A DNA stretch of 64,000 nucleotides from Laetmonice hystrix (lineage: Eukaryota): the NCBI GenBank assembly GCA_965235115.1, contig OZ249436.1, forward strand, positions 15,812,001 to 15,876,000, in the 5' to 3' direction. Shown in pieces: positions 54,159 through 64,000 of this stretch (its first letter is position 1; every line of letters begins with the position of its first letter). A program made the translations under genes and the position numbers. The notes beneath the pieces were generated by a model, which saw only the letters and a program-made list of their open reading frames with translations, did no database searches and was not told the DNA's origin.

Positions 54159-55692
54159 GGTTGCCATGGCTCCATATGGTTGACACATCAACCGACAGGC
54201 CACCATATTGCACCTGGTGAACTCAATATATTTGAGTGAGGTTCTAGTCACCCCACGGGTATGTGCCCCAGTTATTCAACAAGGTTAGATACGAGCAGAT
54301 GGCAGGTGGGTTTTACCCTAGCTTTATATAGAGCAGCCCCAAGGCTTGTAACGTACCCGCAGTTTCTGATGGCCCGAACCACGCTATAGGCGAAGGACAG
54401 CCCCATAACTAGAGGTTTTGTGGCGAGATGAAGCGGGAATAAAGTAGACCTAGGTGGGAGCGCTCCGATTAGAACCAGACACTGACAGGCCGTCCGTCCG
54501 AGACATGTTGGAGCATTCGGCTGGAAGGAATTTTGTTTGTCCACTTCAACGAGCATGAAACCTAACAGACCATAAAATGATGTGATAAGAGCTTGAAACT
54601 GAACTTCATTTCATATGTGTGAAAGCAGGGCCAACCATTTAGAAGCGTAATGTAGAACCTACTTTGCTTGAATGTCAAAGTGGACAGTTACTTGAGAAAA
54701 TGACGTAACCCCCCCCCCCCCCCCCCCCCCAATGGAAGTGGTACTGAAGTCGTCGAAGCTCTCCGACATCCAAAATACACATAATCCCTGGCCCTCGTGT
54801 TTACGTGTAACGTCCGTCCGTCATTGTAAACTATTTTATCACTAGCAAGTTCAAACAAACTTGCTGCCCAAGCTCATTAGGTCATAGTGACATTTTGTCC
54901 TCGTGTTGTCGTGGTGAGAGCTATTCATTCATGTTCTGCCCGTTGACACTTGGTCGAAGGTTTCTTACCATTGTCAAGTACTCTGCTTTCAGAACCATGA
55001 CCCCGTTTTGTGTTGGATTTATCGGTAGACTGCATATGAAAGGCTGATTATGGAATAGCATAAGGTCGCCCCTAAAATTAGAATGGATAATTGATAAGTT
55101 TTGTTAAAGGTCACATCGGACATTCCTTCATCGTGTAAATAGGGCCTAGGGCCAGTCGGGACTAGTCACAGAACTCAGGCTGCTTTCGTTTTAAAAGTCA
55201 GACTGGTATTTGGAAAGGAACCTATTTTGGTCACTGGTCATCTTGTGATTTTTGAATTAAACATTAATGGAGACTTATTGAGGAGTGTTTGTCCTATCTT
55301 CCCGGAACAATGGCTCAGTTACGAGTGTAATATTCAGATACATCAATTCCAGGTGCCATTTTCTTATGTCGAATAGTGATTGGATATTCAGGAAGCAACT
55401 TAGGTACCTATGATACATGATGACTTGGCTGACAGACGAACAAGATCTAAACTCATACATCAAAAGTTTTGGAAGCGGTGCCAATAGTCCCTATTGTATA
55501 CTTGTCAAAGTGCTCAAAGTGATGACAGGTGTTAAAGTGAGCTGGACTCACGAGCAGTCTGCCTTTATCTCCATCTTTTCTTCATAACCTTGGATCGGTT
55601 CTTGCATAAACAATGACGTTGGGAAATCTAGTTTGACACATAAGTTAGGTGACCCTGAATGTTTTCAGTGACCGAGTGCCTAGTCGACCCTC

Positions 55693-56283
55693 GTCGTGTC
55701 AGTGACGGTACCATGGGGTACTTGGTGACGTCGTGTCAGTGACGGTACCATGGGGTACTTTGTGACGTCGTGTCAGTGACGGTACCATGGGGTACTTTGT
55801 GACGTCGTGGCAGTGACGGTACCATGGGGTACTTTGTGACGTCGTGTCAGTGACGGTACCATGGGGTACTTTGTGACGTCGTGGCAGTGACGGTACCATG
55901 GGGTACTTTGTGACGTCGTGTCAGTGACGGTACCATAGGGTACTTTGTGACGTCGTGGCAGTGACGGTACCATGGGGTACTTTGTGACGTCGTGGCAGTG
56001 ACGGTACCATGGGGTACTTTGTGACGTCGTGGCAGTGACGGTACCATGGGGTACTTTGTGACGTCGTGGCAGTGACAGTACCATGGGGTACTTTGTGACG
56101 TCGTGGCAGTGACGGTACCATAGGGTACTTTGTGACGTCGTGGCAGTGACGGTACCATGGGGTACTTTGTGACGTCGTGGCAGTGACAGTACCATGGGGT
56201 ACTTTGTGACGTCGTGTCAGTGACGGTACCATAGGGTACTTTGTGACGTCGTGGCAGTGACGGTACCATGGGGTACTTGGTGA
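55693..56283. repeat. Intronic minisatellite, 37-bp unit, ~16 copies
   Basis: Unit gtcgtg(t/g)cagtgacggtaccatggggtactttgtgac. Confidence 0.97.
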
Positions 56284-59200
56284 TTTGCTCGGTGTTTGTA
56301 ACCATACAGACGTTGACTGATCCCCGAAATGTTGCCGATGTTGAGAGTTGATCCCAACAGTCTCCTCATCCGCCTTGTAAACTGAGCAGGGTATTGATGT
56401 CCTCGACCGTGTCCCATGGAGACCATGGCAAGGTCGTAACGGTAATCAGATTATCCCTGATCTTGAGGGACAGTTGTGGAAATTGTCCTGGCTGCTGTTG
56501 ATTTAATGGACTTCTGAAGGCAACCGTCACAAGGGAGACGGAAGCGCTGGAAGATTAGGAAGCTGTCGATGCTTTGTTCACAAACGATTTTCAGTTGTGT
56601 TTGATGTAGTGAATTCGAGTTCCGGTCTTTGGACGGTTTGTGCGGGGTGATCCACTCGCTGACACAACACAAAATTTCAATCCCTGCTTTAGTCCGAAAG
56701 GAAATCTTTATTTTTGTGCGTGGAGAGGGGAGGGCACAAATGTGCACCCATATTACCTTCCGGATACAATATTTGCCCTTGCCTATAATATACCGGAAAT
56801 ATACCTCAAGCTCAAATATACTAACTAGGCTGATCCCCCAAATTTTATGACAAACGTGGCATTTTCCTTTAGGGTATGCTGGCAACATACCTGAGCATAC
56901 AAAAGATTTAGGCGGTATTATGTTGCATCCATAGAATGAACATCCCGAGGACAATATATAGGGTTCGGGGTTCCTTAACGTTTTATTCAAAGTAGGCATT
57001 CTTGGCATTCCTCAAGACTTGATGAATGTCTGTTTTGGTAAATATTGCAAAGGAATATTTAACAGAAAATAAATACAGTTCCCCCGCTACCAACCAACTA
57101 CCACTGTGTACAAATACTGCGGAATATTTCAACTTTCCATTCGGTTATCACTTCCAGTAAACAGTTCTTTGATTAATGTTTGAAGGTTGGATTTGTTGCT
57201 TCTCTAAAACAGTTTAATCTACGGTTCAAGCAATCCAGCATTTTGTCAAAAATACTTAATTTGTACTTCTTAACCAGCTGGGATGGTAAACAAGGAAACG
57301 ATGGAAGAAAACGCCGTGAAGACAGAGCGCGAGGAGTCGGTGGAGGGGGCCGGGGGCGGGGGTACAGGGGGGCGGGGTTGATGAATGAGGTCGGCCTTAC
57401 CCTGCAGCTACCGCCGAGGTGGCGGTGGCGACCGCCGACCACAAGACTAGTCATTAGCTGACCTGGTACAATGCTGTCACTGAGCTACCTGTCACCACCA
57501 GGACCCTCCAACCATCTCGATTGTCATTTACTACCACTGGGCTATCTCAGTCGTAGATGTGTTACCTGCTCACAGACTTCACATCATTGGAATGAGATGA
57601 AAACTCGAAAGTCATTTATCTCCAGTTTATTTGTCAGATACGGGGCTCTAGGCACTCATGCGGGATCACTCAAGGAACTGTTGGTATATGGGAAATGTCA
57701 GACTCGTCACAACGTAAGCAATGAAAACAGTAATCAGGGAGGAGGAATTAATTGAGCACTTATCAACATATTGGTCCTAGGCATAATCAGCATTCTGAAT
57801 GGGGTTAAAGGTCACCGACGCACGGCCGTGGGTTTAGAATGGTCTGAAAGTGGATATTGTTCAATGAAAGAAAGCTGTAAAAAAATAAAGCCAACATGCA
57901 TGTGTTGGGCAAGGTAAGTGTGGTAAGTTGATGAATTGGGCGAGGCATTTATAAATTATGAATAGAAATCAGCTGTCCTTGATATGAAGACACAGTGGAA
58001 CTACTCTTTGATATACAAACCGTTCCCGGCAGGTATAAAACCACCACCACCACAGAAGTTCAACAGGTTGAAAATAGGAGACCGAGAAGAAAGGTACGGA
58101 GCGAGTTACGTCACCAGCGGTGTGGCCCTCAAGCAGGGGTGTCGACCCACCCACCCAGTGTATAGTGGCTCCGACAATGAGAACTAGGAGGCCCGAGACG
58201 ATATCTGCTGGTTGTTCCAGGCCCCATTAACTGGCATGGCCCTCACTCAGGCATGACAATCACGTCCTGCTCAGATTCATTGTTTGACAGACTTTAGGCA
58301 AGGTCTACTCAAAATAGGATGATGTTCCTTTGGTAAAGACTCCCAGATTGAAATAGTAGCACACCGCCGAACAAAAGGTGTCAACGCTGCTTAAGATTCC
58401 GGCATGTAGGTGTGTACAATGTGCCAAGATTCAGGCATGTAGATGTGTTTAGTGTACATTCAATTGATAGACTCGGTGGAGATTGGGCCTTCGTTTGACC
58501 TACAAGCTTGTAAGAGAACTACCGGCCAGTTACATTGTGAGGCCAAAGATCAGAGGATGTTTTGAGTTAATGGTTATATGAACAATTGCATTCTCAGCCT
58601 GCCCTCAGTGAAGGTCACGTGAGATAAGATTGCCGATCTCGGGTTGAAATAGAGAATGTTTGGACGTGCAGTTTTTGGACCCGCCGTTTTCGGGATTTCA
58701 ACATATTTTTCAAGTTCGGTAGCCTTTTTGTACATCTCGAAGAAAAAATTATTCCAACAGGGTAGTAGCTGATGTCGAAGTTCTCAAGGCTATACCAGGC
58801 TTTCAAAAAAGGTGGCACCGTCCCCCTTTGGTGGCCGCGCCCCAAATACGGGCGATATTGGGAGCTAATTAAGTGAAGATGAGATGCGAGTGTCAAGTAT
58901 GAAGGTTTGAGCACCTGTATGAATTGGCAGCCCGTCATCATTAAAGGCGCTGCCATCCAAGGGGAAGGAATGGACGCCGTGGCCTGAGGCTCAGCCACCT
59001 TTGAATCCTGGAGAAGGGCTCGGCTTGTCTCACTCCCACCCCTACCCCCACCCCACCCCCCCCCCCCCCATCCCCATCCAAGCCGTGTTAAGCCACTCAA
59101 ACTGCAGGAAAGAGTTCACAGTGCCGAGCTCCCTCCGCAGTGACATCGGTGCTTCCCAGCAAGCAAGAAAAGGACTTTGATGTACGACTATATCATAATG

Positions 59201-62043
59201 TGCCACTTAATTTTGAGCGTATATTAGGTACCGGTACACTTGGATTTGCCTCTGTGATAGGCCTGCTGGCAACTGGGACGACACTTGGTCAAACTTGGAT
59301 ATGTACATGTACATGTATGTAGATAGTGTCGGAAGGGTCAGAGTACATCAATCGTCTAAATTTCACTCTCTTTAAGAGCGCCCCACAAAAAGAAACAGCA
59401 GTACCGATGTTGGTCAACAGGGCCTTATAAAATTAGTCAGGATCATTTCGGTAAGTCTGTGTTATTTTAGAGAACTCAACACGCATCAATCATACTGCTA
59501 TTTCCCCGTGTCGGCTCCACAAGAATGACCCTTTACAAATGACTTCCCACCACCATGGGGTGTGGGAAGTGCCTTGTACACGGAGCTAGGCACTGTGCCT
59601 AGTAAACTGTTTGTGGGAAAGTGGGCTTCGTTTCTAACTGTCTGACAGTTAGCTGGTCGCTTCGTCCATGAATAAGGGGTTATAGGTGGTTGGAGAGGTC
59701 ACTGTGACTTAAAGGGTTTCGGGACTATGGGGACTGACATGGGTTAGGGTATGACCTAAAACTAGTCTTTATTACCATGGTTACAGGTTAGGGCAAGGGT
59801 TGGAGCAAGAGGTCATTCTCACGACATCTCAGCTCACCCGCACACCAGACAATGCCCTCCCATTGAGTGTATTCTGGTTGATAGACTTGTCGCCCGTTTA
59901 CTATGTCTTTTTTAAACAACCCTTTGTGAAACGTGCATTTCATTGAGAGCTCTCATATGTCTGACTTAAAATCTCTTTCTCTGATTCAGCAATCCATGCA
60001 AACGAGCTGAAATTATGGACTGGCTTTTGTTAAAATGCATGGTTAGATTTGAATTCAACGCTAGAAATTCCAGATAAGGACTTTTAGGAGCGAAAAGAGT
60101 CGTAGGGTGTGACCACTTCGAAAGTCTTCCTCCCAACCACAGAAAATACAGGCATATTTTAATAAAGAAACTGTTGGGGGGGGGGGGGGCTGTTGACCCA
60201 GCCGGACAGCTGCAGGCGAATAGTATATGTCGGAGCCGAGGGTCGAGTTAACAAAGGCCCAGGTGAGGTATGCGTGTCCACCTAGAAACGGCCTAATGAG
60301 GACTAATTAATTATACCCTGATTATAGGTCATGGTCAGGCAGCGCTGAAGATGGATGAATCGCTCTCTACTCGCCGACACCTTCCAGATTAGAGCCTGCA
60401 ACGAGGACAGTCCCGCCTCATTTTGTGTGTCAGGGAGAATGAGTTATGATGGGCCAAAAATGCAAATTATTTGAACTGTGTGGTACTGTAGATTATACAT
60501 TAAGTGTGCGTTAGGCGCTTTCGAAATACCGGGACCTACAGCAGTACAAGCGTTGTGAGACAATAGGACAAAAAGGGGAGGATTTCAATGACATTGTCAA
60601 TATGCTGTAAGATATCAACTTCACAGACGTTGGCTGTCAGTGCCAGCTGAATAATGCGGTTGTCGGCTGCCGAGGCGGGCTGCTGTTGTTATAGATGTCA
60701 CCTGAGGTTCAGCTGCATATTAGTACATGGGTGAGAGAATCGGGTAAAATGACACTAGTGCAACCCCTCGGGGATGTTACACCTGCTTGGACCCCCCCAC
60801 CCCACCACTAACACCCCCCCCCTCTCTAAATGTACCACGTGAGCAATGGGGAGCCCATCTCATTGTTTCCCCATTGTTTACAAGGACTATGGATCATTAG
60901 TGGCTAGATCAGCTCAGCAGGTAGAAGGTTGACATTGTCACCTGACTGAGTCCAACAGCCGCAATGGTTGTATCGGTGAAGACAATAGCTTCTTTCCAAC
61001 CAGAACAGGCCTGAACTGTGCGGGGACGCGCTCCATTCCCATGTTCGGTAGTATTGAATAGCCTGATCACCAGATCTGAACAATTATAATTCTTGGAGTG
61101 TCTTTTTTTCTACAGTTAAGGGCGTTTTAAAGGAATACGAGGCATATAGTATCACAGATTCAAAGGTATCCACAGAAACCGGGATGTCAGGAGAGTCAGC
61201 AGGGATGCTGCCCAAGTGATAATAATGAGGTCTGTACGAATGGGTTTGACCTGGGACAGGTGGGAGGGGTTGGAGATGACGCGTAGCCGGTCACTTCTAC
61301 TGAATTAAACATGTTCCTTGGCACAAAACATGGAATGTGACCTCGAGGTCGCCTTGCTTCCTGCACTGTTTGAGGAGGTCAACTTGAATTTTACCATCAG
61401 CGGGCACCATAAGCAAGTAAAAGAATAAAAAGCGCTTAAAAACACTTTTAAAAACATTTTTCATGACCATGACAATATGACAGGAGTTACTTAGATTTCA
61501 TACATCAATGTAGGGCCTAATTTTTAACTCAATTGTCAATTGAAGTAACTCAGTGTTTTAGTGGTAGCCTTTGGTTCCAGTCATAAAAAAAAAACTACAG
61601 AAAGTAAAACATATATGAAATACAGTAGGGTTTCTTTGACCCCACCCTACTCATGCCGCAACCGCTCGTGTGGGTGAGGGAGTAGTAGGGGCCAAGCAAT
61701 GTGTGGTTTGTGGTTGTGTCATGCTGTGCGGCCGCTTCCAGTGGGGAAGTCGTGTCTGGAGGCGAGAAACCAACAGCAGATGGCTTGTGTTCTTGTCTGA
61801 CACCGATTACCGTCAGGCTCACCCCACTTCCGCCTCAGTCCCGCGTAAGTGTTAACTGTGGAGTCATTTTGTCACCCACTTGTTTGTAGACATGATGAAA
61901 AAAAGCTGGGAGAGGTGTGAGGTAAGATGGGTTGTTCTCGCATTGCACCCCCCCCATCCCACCTAGCAGTACAGCATTCCCTGAGATTAGTCTCTCAACA
62001 AAAGGTAGGTTTGTGAAAAAATGCCTTGGTACAGTATCGGTAT

Positions 62044-62421
62044 ACACGGCTGAAGGTTTGTGGGGGAGGTCTATAGAGGTAGGAATAAGACACGGCTGAC
62101 GGTTTGTGGGGGAGGTCTATAGAGGTAGGAATAAGACACGGCTGACGGTTTGTGGGGGAGGTCTATAGAGGTAGGAATAAGACACGGCTGACGGTTTGTG
62201 GGGGAGGTCTATAGAGGTAGGAATAAGACACGGCTGACGGTTTGTGGGGGAGGTCTATAGAGGTAGGAATAAGACACGGCTGACGGTTTGTGGGGGAGGT
62301 CTATAGAGGTAGGAATAAGACACGGCTGACGGTTTGTGGGGGAGGTCTATAGAGGTAGGAATAAGACACGGCTGACGGTTTGTGGGGGAGGTCTATAGAG
62401 GTAGGAATAAGACACGGCTGA
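62044..62421. repeat. Intronic minisatellite, 46-bp unit, ~8 near-identical copies
   Basis: Unit acacggctgacggtttgtgggggaggtctatagaggtaggaataag. Confidence 0.97.
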
Positions 62422-63335
62422 GAGCTCTGCGGCTGGCTGCGTCTACCGACATCAGGACATCAGTCCACGAATCAATATACCTTTTTTTATTCTCCTCTGA
62501 AGACGAACTTTGCATGTATCATTCACACATGGCATAGGGAGGGCGTGAGAGAATAGGTTCTACATCCGGACCGTGTCCGTTTCCCGTATCAAATCATCAA
62601 CTAACCCTTATCAGGTGCACCACTCCACCATGTGCCTGTGGAGACAAGTATTTTGTGATGGATCATTTGTAATTCGGTCCAGATGTGAACCTTCGTCCTG
62701 ATCTAGATAAAGTAAATGAGGAAAGGAAAAGACCAATTAGGGTGAAAGAAGATGGCCAAAACCAGGAAGTTGTAATTTGCAGGATATTGCAGTATATATT
62801 TACACAACTTTGTACACAGATATTGTGTCTCAATTTTAAGCATTTTCTTCTCATGCTTTTTTTAAGTAACATATTGAAGTTGCATAATGTAACGAACTCC
62901 ACACTCTGCACAATTAAAGGTTAGGGTCTATCTATATACCAAAAGCCAAAGCAAAAATGGTAATAATGAAAAAAATATAATCCTGTGCAGAAGTATTCTA
63001 TACTTCGCCTCGTCTTTCCTCAGAATATCGTGAGGTGACATTACTGCATTTATTTCTGTGCAGTTCTATACGTGTCGTCGTCAAGACATCAGGCCACTGA
63101 CTCCCATTCATTCCCTGCATGGTGTATAATATAAAACTGAATGGCAGATATTTAGCATTACAACCCATATTAGGTTGACTCCCAATAGGTCAGTTATAAA
63201 TACTGATAGATTCCGTAGTGAACAACAGTGAATGTGGGACCCTTGGTCAACGGAATCATTATTAAGTTCACTTGCCACCTGTACTATACTGAATGATGCG
63301 CAAACTGATGCCCTGTGTGTATTATGTCTTTGCAG

Positions 63336-63421
63336 AGCGTATAAATACTTGAAGGAATGTGCTGCCACCCGGTTCATCGCTGTTACTGGTTTCTTTATGT
63401 CGGTACCATTCCTACTGCTTG
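63336..63421 (+). CDS. TMEM221: Second coding exon (86 nt) of the TMEM221/Jiraiya-like gene
   Basis: Acceptor tgtctttgcag|A and donor G|gtaagt; phase matches exon 1 (AG+A=Arg); gives EER-AYKYLKECAATRFIAVTGFFMSVPFLLL, resembling recalled TMEM221 [29 protein letters not shown]. Confidence 0.85.
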
Positions 63422-64000
63422 GTAAGTAAGTTCTATGAATTAACAGAAACCTCCTGTTGTCAGTGCAGTGCTTCAAGACAAAGCTCTGCTCACATAATAT
63501 TTATGTTGCCACTACCGTTATAAACTGTTTGGAAAAATGTATGTACCCCGGATTATACTTCCAAGTTATCTTTGACAAAAGATGTCGACAGAGTTAATAG
63601 GTTACTTTGTCTTAGCGTGTTTTTAAAGTATGTCCAGGAGTATTACTTGCGTTGAAAAGAGCAAAAAAGTGAGTGTCTGCCTCCTTGATGTGTGGTCCTC
63701 ATCTTTGATCAAACATTGCCTTGGGTTTCTTTCCGCACCTGAAAATAATCAACCTTTTAGGCGGAAGTCAGAGGTCAAAATGATCGAAAAGCAACTCAGC
63801 CTGAGGTTACTCTTGGTGAATTTGGGAATGGGAGAACCTACATAGTAATATAACTTTTTTACACGGACTGATGCACATAAAAGCGGCATGCACAGCATCG
63901 AGCAGGATATCTAGTGTAAAGGCAGAATGCGCGCTTTTGTAAGACTACGTTAATGTCTGCAGTGAAATAACTGGTTTTTTTTTGTATAAGACAGGCTCGC

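Noticed and set aside
52859..56426. Repetitive ORFs (MCSMDTEG..., MVPSLPRRHK...)
   Set aside because: Products of minisatellites whose unit lengths are not multiples of three
60901..60960. tRNA or SINE A-box-like agctcagcaggtagaag
   Set aside because: No B box and no cloverleaf

Overview
Eukaryotic (metazoan, probably invertebrate) genomic DNA: gene-poor, spliced and repeat-rich, so nearly all ORFs in the six-frame track are spurious. Two protein-coding genes are supported, both on the + strand. (1) The terminal coding exon (38154-38889; end of TM3 through TM7 and a tail ending in ETEL) of a class A peptide-type GPCR. I could not find its TM1-TM3 exon(s) in the window, so much of 1-38153 may be intron. 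(2) Two in-phase exons (49822-51119 and 63336-63421, 12.2-kb GT-AG intron) of a TMEM221/Jiraiya-like membrane protein with an unusual ~345-aa N-terminal extension carrying a degenerate N-x-S-V-x-S-x-R-D repeat; the gene continues beyond the window. The rest contains a decayed Tc1/mariner element, a Helentron-type non-autonomous element, several MITEs (a near-perfect 526-bp TTAA-flanked palindrome, a foldback element with head-to-head telomere-like repeats, a mariner-type MITE), a Crypton-like hairpin and at least seven minisatellites. There is also an ~8-kb mosaic of diverged internal duplications with repeated minus-strand splice signals (14.5-22.5 kb) that may be a spliced antisense non-coding unit or a decayed large transposon. 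No rRNA, tRNA or CRISPR array was found, and I cannot claim a wholly new system. All family assignments come from recall and visual comparison, not database searches.
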